The notes: generated from the sequence alone by a model not told the origin. 44,393 bases of DNA, filler included, from an uncultured virus (IMG/VR IMGVR_UViG_2061766007_003500) (7 parts of one record of this genome joined end to end with filler, not necessarily neighbours in it); one strand, 5' to 3'. Numbered from the whole stretch's first letter, positions 31,088-41,850 are shown. Translations and numbers: made by a program.

Positions 31088-33299
31088 GAGCAAGGAAAGC
31101 CTATTGTTTGTAAATATAAGCAAGATGCGTTGAAAGATTATTTTTATTTGAATCTTGTGAAAGATAACGTTGCAGGAATGTTCACATGGTGCGGAGTGGG
31201 AGTTCCAACCGTAAGTTCACAATCCGTTGCTTTTGATGCTGAAGCCNNNNNNNNNNNNNNNNNNNNNNNNNNNNNNNNNNNNNNNNNNNNNNNNNNNNNN
31301 NNNNNNNNNNNNNNNNNNNNNNNNNNNNGAGATTGGATTACGCTCATCCTGGACTTCCGATATATTCAACTTGGCCGACAAGCGATGATTTTGAGAATTT
31401 AACTAACGCGAAAGCGTTTGTGTATACGGGACCTACCGGCGATTTGAATTCGGCTCTTCCNNNNNNNNNNNNNNNNNNNNNNNNNNNNNNNNNNNNNNNN
31501 NNNNNNNNNNNNNNNNNNNNNNNNNNNNNNNNNNNNNNNNNNNNNNNNNNNNGGTGGCGAAGATTGACGAACTTGTGATGAATTCTATTTCGGCGTGTCC
31601 AATTTCCAATATTTCGGGATTCGGAGTTTTCAACGACACTTTGTATATTGGCGGNNNNNNNNNNNNNNNNNNNNNNNNNNNNNNNGGCAGACTTTTACTC
31701 AAATCAATCTTCCTTTGCGTTATTTTGGGGTTTATGATGGCAAACTTTACGCAAGCTCTTCGTCAAACAATAAGTTTTACCGCTCTGAGGATGGCGTCAA
31801 TTTTACTCAAGTTACGAATGTGAACTACCCCATTACTGGAATTTTCGCGTTTAACGGCGTTTTGATTTTATCCACGAACGATTACGGCGTTTATTACAGT
31901 CAAAATGGAACTTCATTCAGTCTTAACGGTTCGATGCCTATGAGCACGACGGTTTACGCTTTTGAAGTTTATGGAAACAAACTTTATGTGGCTTCCGATA
32001 TGGGGCTTTATTGTTCTGAAAATGGAATTGCGTTTGAACAAAGCACTTTTTTTGGAAACGAGAACATTTACGATTTATTGGTTTTTGACGGACATCTTTA
32101 CTGCTGCACTTATAACAAAACGNNNNNNNNNNNNNNNNNNNNNNNNNNGGACGATTAACAATGACAAGCGCGCTTATATGAAGATTGTTTATAAGAACGT
32201 TGCTTTCTGCCAAGATTCAACGACTAAGGATATGGTCAACTTCACTCAATTTGAAGAGTCCGTTCAATTCAACAATTATGTTGAATTCAAGGGAATTCTA
32301 TTCGGAGGTTATAATTCCAATTCCTACGGGCTTTATTCTTTGGCTTTTGAAAACTCCCCCTTCGTCGACCAGATTCTGACCAAAGTTCCTCAGTCCGCCG
32401 CCCAACTTCCCTACAACGATGGCCAAACTCAACTCGGCTCGGACAACGCCCAAGGAGCCATAGAGAGCTTGAACTCCAAAATCGACAACTTGCCGAAGCC
32501 GATAGTGATGAAGGGCACAGTGGCTTTCGCCAATCTCCCTACTCTGTCGTCCACTGAATTCGGCGATATGTACAACGTTTCCGACGACTTCACGACCACA
32601 AGCGATTTCGTCGTTCCGGGAGTTTCGGAGAACGCGGGTTCCAACGTCTACGTGGTGAACGCGGGCACGGATTCATCTCCGATTAAGAAATGGGACGTTT
32701 TCGACGGAGGAGTGAACACCTTCGACACCGCGATGGACTTCAACGTGTCGGCTGGCGGCCAAGTGGCGTTGAAGCCTGACAGAAGGATTTGGAGGGGATT
32801 GAAGTCGGCGTGGCAACAGTTGCCGTTAAGCGAAAAGGCCAAGTATACTTTCGCGGTTTTCACGGACGATGACGGAAGCGGCGACTTGACCGCTCGCGTC
32901 GATTCAATAGAGGGCAAGATACCCGCTTCCGCCAGCCCCTCCNNNNNNNNNNNNNNNNNNNNNNNNNNNNNNNNNNNNNNNNNNNNNNCAACGCTACAAC
33001 TATCAAGAGACACAAATACATGGTTTACGGAAGAGCCTATATCTGTTTCTGACTTGCCAAGTGGCGTATATTTGCTGGAGTCAACAAGCACTCAAAACCA
33101 AACAAATCTAATGTCCAATATCTTTTCTATAGATGGCGTTAATCATTTCTCAATGATTAACGGAGCAACATTCGTTAGTGGAATTCAAACTTTCACAAAA
33201 ACTCCGGATATAACGCAAATATCTGTTTTAACTTATGTGGGACTCAACAATAACATTCAAGCCGGAACCAATTATTTTAAGTTTACGAGAATAAAGTAA
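31088..33299 (+). CDS. Large tail fibre/receptor-binding protein with beta-propeller-like repeats (5' end in gap)
   Basis: Repeats of V(Y/F).gkLY......y.SedG..F; DNAQGAIESL; KGTVAFANLPT...GDMYNVSDDFTTTSDF; AT-rich terminal domain. Confidence 0.65.
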
Positions 33300-33361
33300 G
33301 GAGAAATAATTATGGCTACAGTATCGGTTTCACCGACATCATAAAGATTGCCTCAATCAAC

Positions 33362-33640
33362 CTAGTAAGATTTCAACCGAACGGCGTTGAATCTAAAGTT
33401 ATAAGAATAAATGACATCTTGGGTTTCTGCAGTAACACCGCAAACAGCCAAATAAAGTGTTGTTGGTGATGGCACACTAAGAACAAAACTCATGTTAAAA
33501 GAGTTGTTGTTTTGATTTGCAACGGCCCAACCTTCAATAGTTAAAAGAAGTTCGTTTGCGACTCCGTTGATACTAGCTACATTCCAGCCTCCTGCTTGAA
33601 CTAAATACAATCCTGCCAAGGGTATATCGAGGCTCGCCAC
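33362..33640 (-). CDS. Inverted tail-fibre-type C-terminal domain (no start visible)
   Basis: GLYLV...FNAVRLKSY parallels GVYLL...FKFTRIK of the upstream fibre terminus. Confidence 0.55.
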   Translation of the reverse strand: MASLDIPLAGLYLVQAGGWNVASINGVANELLLTIEGWAVANQNNNSFNMSFVLSVPSPTTLYLAVCGVTAETQDVIYSYNFRFNAVRLKSY

Positions 33641-33992
33641 NNNNNNNNNNNNNNNNNNNNNNNNNNNNNNNNNNNNNNNNNNNNNNNNNNNNNNNNNNNN
33701 NNNNNNNNNNNNNNNNNNNNNNNNNNNNNNNNNNNNNNNNNNNNNNNNNNNNNNNNNNNNNNNNNNNNNNNNNNNNNNNNNNNNNNNNNNNNNNNNNNNN
33801 NNNNNNNNNNNNNNNNNNNNNNNNNNNNNNNNNNNNNNNNNNNNNNNNNNNNNNNNNNNNNNNNNNNNNNNNNNNNNNNNNNNNNNNNNNNNNNNNNNNN
33901 NNNNNNNNNNNNNNNNNNNNNNNNNNNNNNNNNNNNNNNNNNNNNNNNNNNNNNNNNNNNNNNNNNNNNNNNNNNNNNNNNNNNNNNNNNNN

Positions 33993-34688
33993 TTGAAAAA
34001 ATACGCGAAAGAAAAGATTTTGAACGAGTGCAGGCAAAGGTTCTCGAAAATCGCAGCCTTGCTAGACGACGAGGACTACATCGACAAGCTGGAGCAGTCA
34101 ATCACTTGGCTGGACCAGGCGATTTTCGCGCCGAGAGCCGTGGCGTTCGAGCCGAAGGACGTGATTTCCTACAAAGGCGGCTCTTTCATCGACGTAACTC
34201 CCTACAAAATCGACGTGATTTGCAACGCCTACTACGCCGACACGTTCGACGACCAGCTGAACACGATTCTGCCGGAAGTCGGCCTTATGCCCTACATTCT
34301 GGGAGCGCAGACTTTCACCTCCCTTTCGAGCGTGGCGGACTACCTGGCCTTGCGGACGAACCTGAATTTGATGTCCAGGCAGCTGGAATTGGACGGAGAC
34401 TACGAGTTGTGGCCGGTCGATTCTGAGGGAAGGCANNNNNNNNNNNNNNNNNNNNNNNNNNNNNNNNNNNNNNNNNNNNNNNNNNNNNNNNNNNNNNNNN
34501 NNNNNNNNNNNNNNNNNNNNNACGTTTTCTTCGACAAGTGCAATTTGGCCAACGCCGAGATGCAGTTGTCCGCGATGTCTTTGGGAGTGGGAAAGGAGGC
34601 TCAGACCTTGACGACCTATTGGCGAGAGAAGATGGAGAAGGACATGAAGGAGTTCCAGGACAAGGCTTTGGTCACTTACCTCGCGTAA
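33993..34688 (+). CDS. Hypothetical protein, possibly head-tail adaptor/neck
   Basis: Well-formed ORF among structural genes; only weak resemblance to neck proteins. Confidence 0.4.
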   Translation: MKKYAKEKILNECRQRFSKIAALLDDEDYIDKLEQSITWLDQAIFAPRAVAFEPKDVISYKGGSFIDVTPYKIDVICNAYYADTFDDQLNTILPEVGLMPYILGAQTFTSLSSVADYLALRTNLNLMSRQLELDGDYELWPVDSEGRXXXXXXXXXXXXXXXXXXXXXXXXXXXXXXVFFDKCNLANAEMQLSAMSLGVGKEAQTLTTYWREKMEKDMKEFQDKALVTYLA

Positions 34689-34694
34689 AGTGCT

Positions 34695-34728
34695 TTGCAT
34701 TTTTTTTTGCGATTTGGCGCGGCATAAT
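34695..34728 (+). promoter_or_regulatory. Possible promoter elements TTGCAT...CATAAT
   Basis: Intergenic; the spacing is longer than canonical, so weak. Confidence 0.2.
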
Positions 34729-35154
34729 CGCAAAGGGCGGAAGCGGCGGNNNNNNNNNNNNNNNNNNNNNNNNNNNNNNNNNNNNNNNNNNNNNNNNNNN
34801 NNNNNNNNNNNNNNNNNNNNNNNNNNNNNNNNNNNNNNNNNNNNNNNNNNNNNNNNNNNNNNNNNNNNNNNNNNNNNNNNNNNNNNNNNNNNNNNNNNNN
34901 NNNNNNNNNNNNNNNNNNNNNNNNNNNNNNNNNNNNNNNNNNNNNNNNNNNNNNNNNNNNNNNNNNNNNNNNNNNNNNNNNNNNNNNNNNNNNNNNNNNN
35001 NNNNNNNNNNNNNNNNNNNNNNNNNNNNNNNNNNNNNNNNNNNNNNNNNNNNNNNNNNNNNNNNNNNNNNNNNNNNNNNNNNNNNNNNNNNNNNNNNNNN
35101 NNNNNNNNNNNNNNNNNNNNNNNNNNNNNNNATCCGAAAGAGAGGCGAATCGAA

Positions 35155-35919
35155 ATGAGCTTTAACATAGTGAACCCAGACGGAAGCGTGTCCCAAGTAG
35201 CAGGCAATGGCAAGGCGGAATACGGAGCGAGCACGGTCAGGCGCGGAACGGCGACGGTCAACGCGGACACGACNNNNNNNNNNNNNNNNNNNNNNNNNNN
35301 NNNNNNNNNNNNNNNNNNNNNNNNNNNNNNNNNNNNNNNNNNNNNNNNNNNNNNNNNNNNNNNNNNNNNNNNNNNNNNNNNNNNNNNNNNNNNNNNNNNN
35401 NNNNNNNNNNNNNNNNNNNNNNNNNNNNNNNNNNNNNNNNNNNNNNNNNNNNNNNNNNNNNNNNNNNNNNNNNNNNNNNNNNNNNNNNNNNNNNNNNNNN
35501 NNNNNNNNNNNNNNNNNNNNNNNNNNNNNNNNNNNNNNNNNNNNNNNNNNNNNNNNNNNNNNNNNNNNNNNNNNNNNNNNNNNNNNNNNNNNNNNNNNNN
35601 NNNNNNNNNNNNNNNNNNNNNNNNNNNNNNNNNNNNNNAATAACAGATTGGAGATACGGAGTTGTCGGCTATATTACAATAAATTTAAATGAGGGTCACA
35701 CTGCGGTTCCATCTTTTTCACAATTTCCGTTGTTTCTTCCTTACGACACTTTGCCTACATTCTCAAATTGGATTACTGGANNNNNNNNNNNNNNNNNNNN
35801 NNNNTTTTAAGTTTTGGTATGACACAACGCTACAAACTCTAAACTTAAATGCCGAAGATGGATTGGATTCAACGGCTAACGAGGTAGTTAGAATTTCTTA
35901 TATGATTTGGGGCGGTTGA
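35155..35919 (+). CDS. Putative fibre-like structural protein with AT-rich C-terminal domain (gapped; join uncertain)
   Basis: RBS GAGG; MSFNIVNPDGSVSQVAG start; distal ITDWRYGVVG...VRISYMIWGG*. Confidence 0.45.
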
Positions 35920-35921
35920 TT

Positions 35922-36085
35922 TCACTTCAAGCGAATCAAATCATAATGAACAGCCAAAGGATTAAATGCTCTCATAATTAAATCTGGAGTATAGGTTTGA
36001 GTTTGCACTTGAACTAAAAGTTGAGCGCCCAACTCGCTGTTTGCCCAACCTGATACGAACCCGCCGCTCAACCAAGGCTCGTAGA
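35922..36085 (-). CDS. Inverted fibre-type C-terminal domain (5' end in gap)
   Basis: Ends VHYDLIRLK*, with its stop 2 nt from the convergent plus-strand stop. Confidence 0.45.
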
Positions 36086-36860
36086 NNNNNNNNNNNNNNN
36101 NNNNNNNNNNNNNNNNNNNNNNNNNNNNNNNNNNNNNNNNNNNNNNNNNNNNNNNNNNNNNNNNNNNNNNNNNNNNNNNNNNNNNNNNNNNNNNNNNNNN
36201 NNNNNNNNNNNNNNNNNNNNNNNNNNNNNNNNNNNNNNNNNNNNNNNNNNNNNNNNNNNNNNNNNNNNNNNNNNNNNNNNNNNNNNNNNNNNNNNNNNNN
36301 NNNNNNNNNNNNNNNNNNNNNNNNNNNNNNNNNNNNNNNNNNNNNNNNNNNNNNNNNNNNNNNNNNNNNNNNNNNNNNNNNNNNNNNNNNNNNNNNNNNN
36401 NNNNNNNNNNNNNNNNNNNNNNNNNNNNNNNNNNNNNNNNNNNNNNNNNNNNNNNNNNNNNNNNNNNNNNNNNNNNNNNNNNNNNNNNNNNNNNNNNNNN
36501 NNNNNNNNNNNNNNNNNNNNNNNNNNNNNNNNNNNNNNNNNNNNNNNNNNNNNNNNNNNNNNNNNNNNNNNNNNNNNNNNNNNNNNNNNNNNNNNNNNNN
36601 NNNNNNNNNNNNNNNNNNNNNNNNNNNNNNNNNNNNNNNNNNNNNNNNNNNNNNNNNNNNNNNNNNNNNNNNNNNNNNNNNNNNNNNNNNNNNNNNNNNN
36701 NNNNNNNNNNNNNNNNNNNNNNNNNNNNNNNNNNNNNNNNNNNNNNNNNNNNNNNNNNNNNNNNNNNNNNNNNNNNNNNNNNNNNNNNNNNNNNNNNNNN
36801 NNNNNNNNNNNNNNNNNNNNNNNNNNNNNNNNNNNNNNNNNNNNNNNNNNNNNNNNNNNN

Positions 36861-36927
36861 TCCTAACGCGCGATTCAATGGCCTCGCGCTCCATCGCTTT
36901 TTCTTCAAGCGTCTTTTTCTTTGCCAT
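36861..36927 (-). CDS. Small protein downstream of a fibre gene, possible assembly chaperone (3' end in gap)
   Basis: RBS AAGGAG; MAKKKTLEEKAMEREAIESRVR. Confidence 0.4.
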
Positions 36928-36971
36928 AATTTTGAATCTCCTTTTTTGAAAATCTTCGCGCAGATTCGCGG

Positions 36972-37600
36972 CTATGNNNNNNNNNNNNNNNNNNNNNNNN
37001 NNNNNNNNNNNNNNNNNNNNNNNNNNAGTGCTGAACGCAATATCTTTCAACCACCACCACGCGTTGCGGTTGTTTAGGGCTTGCTTGCTGAAAACAAAAA
37101 GCGGGAGCTGTCGGTTTGCGTTGCCCGTATCATAGCCCGAACTGCTCCATACTGTCGAACCGTAGGCCTCGACTTCGCTCATCGAGATGGCCTGCGCGCT
37201 TATCCATTCCNNNNNNNNNNNNNNNNNNNNNNNNNNNNNNNNNNNNNNNNNNNNTCTTGTGGTTTGCAAGTGCGCGCCGAATTCAGCGTAAAGTTGTTGG
37301 TTGATGGTTGCCGTCGCTCCGGTCGCTCCAGTGCTTGTTACCGCTCCCAAAGTGGCCGTGTTCATTTCGCTTGCTTTATAGCCGCCCTCAGTGGTATCTG
37401 TCGCGTTCATGCGGCTTAGTCCGAAGTGCTGAACACCTCCGAAACCTTGCTCCGGAACCATTACAAGATGGTGATAGTTAACTCCATCTCCTTGGTCGCC
37501 ATTCCCCCACATTGTGTCAATCCCAGCGATTGTGACATATTCCGAGCCGGTAACTTGGTACTGCCCGGTTCGCTCGTAGGCGCTTATCGGGCGGCTCATG
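36972..37600 (-). CDS. DUF6273-like (C-type-lectin-fold) receptor-binding domain protein (gapped)
   Basis: HHLVMVP, MNATDTTEGGYKASEM, MSEVEAYG, QLPLF and WWWLKD. Confidence 0.65.
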
Positions 37601-37806
37601 NNNNNNNNNNNNNNNNNNNNNNNNNNNNNNNNNNNNNNNNNNNNNNNNNNNNNNNNNNNNNNNNNNNNNNNNNNNNNNNNNNNNNNNNNNNNNNNNNNNN
37701 NNNNNNNNNNNNNNNNNNNNNNNNNNNNNNNNNNNNNNNNNNNNNNNNNNNNNNNNNNTTCCCTCAAAAAAAGGGAAGGCCGAATCGCTTGGAAAGGCGG
37801 AAGCCC

Positions 37807-37974
37807 TTATTTCTTGGGCGGCTTCTTTCCCTTGAGCTTCGCGGCCTCCCGCGAGATGATGTCCGCGAGGACGGCCTTTTTGGTCTCGCCCTTGCGGAAC
37901 GCCATGATTCTCTCGAACTCGGCGTATGTCGCGCCGTTGACGTGGAGAGTCGTTTCCTTTGAATCCTTGGCCAT
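37807..37974 (-). CDS. Small basic protein, ribbon-helix-helix-like DNA binder (55 aa)
   Basis: RBS AGGAGG; TTLHVNGATYAEFERIMAFRKGETKKAVLADIISREA fits strand-helix-G-helix. Confidence 0.6.
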   Translation of the reverse strand: MAKDSKETTLHVNGATYAEFERIMAFRKGETKKAVLADIISREAAKLKGKKPPKK

Positions 37975-37999
37975 TTCGGTTGTTCCTCCTATAACATAT

Positions 38000-38037
38000 A
38001 TTATAGAATTCAAGATTCGGAGAGGGAATTCTATAAT
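38000..38037. promoter_or_regulatory. Perfect 12-bp inverted repeat forming back-to-back -10 boxes
   Basis: ATTATAGAATTC-14 nt-GAATTCTATAAT between divergent small genes. Confidence 0.7.
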
Positions 38038-38044
38038 TGGGGTT

Positions 38045-38284
38045 ATGGGAATGAGCGGATTTTCGATGAGGGAAAGGGAGGCTTTGGACGAAATCAGCGC
38101 CTTCAACGGGCGGATTTGCGCGGAGCCTGAGAGGTCTTTGTGGGCGGTGTGCAAGGGCTACATGGACGGCCTTTTCGGGCTGGACTTGCTGTCGCGCCCG
38201 GAGGCCGAGATAAGGGAGGCCTTGGGAAAGGCGAACTCGGCGGTCGGAATGAAAGAGCCTCCCAAGGACGGGAGGCTGTTCTGA
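38045..38284 (+). CDS. Small hypothetical protein (79 aa), apparently leaderless
   Basis: ATG 7 nt after TATAAT; MGMSGFSMREREALDEI. Confidence 0.6.
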   Translation: MGMSGFSMREREALDEISAFNGRICAEPERSLWAVCKGYMDGLFGLDLLSRPEAEIREALGKANSAVGMKEPPKDGRLF

Positions 38285-38297
38285 GGGTTTCGGGGAG

Positions 38298-39399
38298 TTA
38301 CGCCGTTCTTTTCCAAATTTTGATGGTGTAGTTTTTAGGCCAAGTGTTGGTCGGCAGCGGGTTGTTGTCGGGCGACTTCGCGTTTCCAACGGTTAAATTT
38401 ATGCTTTGGCCTGACAAACTTAGGGTATGGGAGTGAGATGCGTCAACTTTTAAAGAACATCCGCTTGTAATATCCGTTGTTGGGACTTTGTTAATCGGCG
38501 CGGCGTTGTTCGTCGTATCGCCTTTTGAAAATATAATTTTATTATTGCTATTNNNNNNNNNNNNNNNNNNNNNNNNNNNNNNNNNTTTATCCGCGCCTAA
38601 TACATCCGTACTGGAAACTGATAGGATTTCTCCTTGTAATGTTTCGCAGTCTGTGGTAAGTGAAGACCCTGACGGAAACGAGGCGCTGCCGTTGTGATGG
38701 TGCTGCACCACCGCCGTGCTTTGCGCTTGCGGGGTTAACGTTTGGTTTTCTTCAATGAATGGGTCGGCGCCAGTGCCGGACGCTCTGAAAAACGCGCCGT
38801 CGTAAATCTCTAAGAATGTCCAAACGCAAGTTATGCCGTTAACCGCGTAAAGGGCGTTCGGGTCTTTTTGTCCCGGATATTGAACGTAAACTTCGTTTAT
38901 CGGATGAACGGCGTTGAACACCGCTTGCTTTATGTAATCGAAAATTGAGCCTTTCTTCGCGTCGAACGAGAAGTCGGCGAGCGCGCTCAAGTCGCNNNNN
39001 NNNNNNNNNNNNNNNNNNNNNNTTCCCGTGAGGGTTGAGGCGTTTCCCGCGCCGCCAAGAATGGCGTTCGCGGCGCCTTGCGCGCTGTCCGCGCCCGTTC
39101 CGCCCAAGGAAATCGGAATGGGAGGCGTGACTTTTTCAATGACGGTCGTTCCGTTGGAGGTGCTTTCGGCGGCGNNNNNNNNNNNNNNNNNNNNNNNNNN
39201 NNNNNNNNNNNNNNNNNNNNNNNNNNNNNNNNNNNNNNNNNNNNNNNNNNNNNTTGTAGGTGTTGTCGGCGAAGTCGCCTTTCTTGGTGTCGTATGTATA
39301 CTGAGCCTGCCTGTTTTTGTTGGCTTCGTAGGACGAGTCGTCCACGCTTAAATTCTCTCCGAAAACGTCCACGTTGTTAATGTAATGCGGGTCGGGCAT
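38298..39399 (-). CDS. Tail fibre/baseplate protein with gp10-C-terminal-like domain
   Basis: RBS AGGAGG; GGTGADSA, VHPINEVYVQYPGQKDP, GAFFRASG, H.H motifs and terminal PKNYTIKIWKRTA. Confidence 0.72.
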
Positions 39400-39582
39400 A
39401 TCTCTCAATCCTCCTGNNNNNNNNNNNNNNNNNNNNNNNNNNNNNNNNNNNNNNNNNNNNNNNNNNNNNNNNNNNNNNNNNNNNNNNNNNNNNNNNNNNN
39501 NNNNNNNNNNNNNNNNNNNNNNNNNNNNNNNNNNNNNNNNNNNNNNNNNNNNNNNNNNNNNNNNNNNNGCGTATTGAATGAA

Positions 39583-40593
39583 TTATTCCAAAGCGCTGGA
39601 TAGCGGCGTTAGAAACGCGTTCGAGAACACCCTTCGCGAAGCCGTCACCGCCGCTCCGTCCGCCATCTCGAACATTCCCTCGTCGTATCCGGTGACGTTC
39701 TTTCCGTTCCACTTGGACTTCTTTCTTTTCATCGAGGCGGAAATCTCCCATTCTATGCCGTCCTCGGTCGCTCCGCTTGCGGCAGCCTCTCCTTGCCCGG
39801 CNNNNNNNNNNNNNNNNNNNNNNNNNNNNNNNNNNNNNNNNNNNNNAAGCTCGGCGTATTTGGCAATCGCGCTGTCCAAGGCCAACTCCACGCCTTTCTT
39901 GGTGCTTTGGAAGGACGAGTTGTGCCGCTCTTTCGGATAAAGCTCCCCGTCTTTGGCGCTCCAATTGCAGACGTGGAAATTCCCGCCCCCCTCGCTTTTG
40001 TTCATCGTTATGGACACCGCCGTGGGAAGGCCGTCGATTTTGTAGCCGTCGTCCTCAATCCGCTCGAAGTCCAGCAATCGCGAGCCTTCCTCCATAAAGG
40101 GCTTGAAGCTCTCCTCGGTGAATTCGTATTCCCCTCCCTTGCCGTCCGAAATTCCCTCGGTCTTGGGGTAATTCTCATACGCCTCCAGCGCCGCGTTTCC
40201 GTCCGTGTAGGAAAGAATGGGGGTGTCGGGATAGTCCTCGTCGTCCAAAGTCCTTATGTCGTTGCCGTTTCTGTAAAGGGTGAGAACGTAGAATTTCCCC
40301 TCTTTGGGAACGCCGAAAAGAACCTTCCAATACTTGCCGTCCTGCTTGAGAGTCATGTCCACCTTTCCGACGTTCGCTCCGGGGTAGTATTGGCGGAGAT
40401 AGTTTTGGGCNNNNNNNNNNNNNNNNNNNNNNNNNNNNNNNNNNNNNNNNNNNNNNNNNNNNNNNNNNNNNNNNTTGATTTTTCCGGCCTTTTCGTCAAC
40501 CGCGTCGCCCGCGTCCTTCAGCCCGTACTTTATCTTTCCGAGAAGATTGAATGAGAATATCCGGCGCGACTGGCTCAATCCGGCGCCTTGGTT
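39583..40593 (-). CDS. Acidic protein with QSRRIFS and ASRRVFS motifs (5' end in gap)
   Basis: Long open frame; the motif resembles the linkers of the acidic head-region proteins. Confidence 0.55.
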   Translation of the reverse strand, partial: NQGAGLSQSRRIFSFNLLGKIKYGLKDAGDAVDEKAGKIXXXXXXXXXXXXXXXXXXXXXXAQNYLRQYYPGANVGKVDMTLKQDGKYWKVLFGVPKEGKFYVLTLYRNGNDIRTLDDEDYPDTPILSYTDGNAALEAYENYPKTEGISDGKGGEYEFTEESFKPFMEEGSRLLDFERIEDDGYKIDGLPTAVSITMNKSEGGGNFHVCNWSAKDGELYPKERHNSSFQSTKKGVELALDSAIAKYAELXXXXXXXXXXXXXXXAGQGEAAASGATEDGIEWEISASMKRKKSKWNGKNVTGYDEGMFEMADGAAVTASRRVFSNAFLTPLSSALE

Positions 40594-40673
40594 NNNNNNN
40601 NNNNNNNNNNNNNNNNNNNNNNNNNNNNNNNNNNNNNNNNNNNNNNNNNNNNNNNNNNNNNNNNNNNNNNNNN

Positions 40674-40838
40674 GTAAATTTCCCATTTTCCGTTGCCTAT
40701 GGTTATCGCCGAAAGGCTCGTGGCTTTCCCGCCTTTCAGAATTTTCACGTCGATGTCGTTTCCCTTGGCCGCTAAATTTTCATTGCTTTTGATTTCATTG
40801 TAAAGGATTGTGGGGACCGTTCCCGAAACTTTGACCAT
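40674..40838 (-). CDS. Hypothetical protein N-terminus (may be the start of the 39583 gene)
   Basis: RBS AGGAG; MVKVSGTVPTILYNEIKS. Confidence 0.45.
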
Positions 40839-40940
40839 TTTCATTCTCCTGCGAGAATATTTAAGGATTGGGGCGGCTCTTTTTCTTTCCGCCGATATTT
40901 AAATAGTGTTATATAAGAAATGACTACAGGAGATTGGAGC

Positions 40941-41850
40941 ATGGCCGAAGAGATGGAGACAAAGGGAACCAGTCGAAAGCGGGTTGCGACCGCGCGGTGG
41001 AAGCGGATTCTAAGCAAGGAGGCCGATNNNNNNNNNNNNNNNNNNNNNNAAGGATTGAAGGCGGCCTCCCCCGTGAACGTCGCCATAGTGTGCGGCGCGG
41101 TCGTCGCCGTGGCGGCCTTGGTTCTCAGGAAAGCCGACAGCATAAAGGCCGGAAAGAACGGCATTGAGTTCACGAAGGAAAGGTTCGAGAAGGACAACCG
41201 CACCGTCATGGTCGAGATAATGAACTTCACTTGGAAAATCAACTCGGAGCTTAGCGACGGTGAGCATTTTTACAAGAAATTGATTCGCCGCGAGATAAAA
41301 GACCAGCTTTATTGGTATTCCAACGTGATGAAGACCGAATACCTCGGCTTGCTGAAGGAAAAATACGGACAGGACTATAGGCTTACCTACTCCTCCTTTA
41401 CGGCCACCTTGGACGGGCAATGCTATATGAAAATGCTTCAAATTTTCATGGATTTGTACGAGCACAACCACATCACGCAGCTTAACGAGGAGCAGTTGAG
41501 AAGGAAGTCCGCCGACGTTTACCAGCAATGCAGCATCGTTTTTAAGGAGCTCTTCATGGAGCCTTGGCTTGAGGAGATGTGCGATTACAACGACTTGAAG
41601 GAAACTTGCCAAAAGCTTTCGCCGAAGGTCGAGGATATGTGCTACAAGTCCTTGCTTATCGTCCGCGACACCTTGAAGCAGCTTTACGCCTTGCGGACGG
41701 CCTTGCAGAACGTGAGGAACCAGACGTCTTGCTGGATTATAGAGAAAGGGCTTTTGCCGCCGGAGGCCGAAAGCTTGGCGGAGAATTTCTTCGAGCCGAA
41801 CAAAGGCTTGAACGTTGACAACGTGAACAATTACTTGAAGTTGATTAGTT
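40941..41850 (+). CDS. Membrane-anchored hypothetical protein (3' end in gap)
   Basis: Transmembrane segment VAIVCGAVVAVAALVL followed by a helical soluble domain. Confidence 0.6.

Noticed and set aside
29813..31123. Long antisense ORFs (this one, and also 512..1513, 14171..14791, 23404..24243 and 41010..41612)
   Set aside because: Shadows of well-supported sense genes, with no RBS or motifs.
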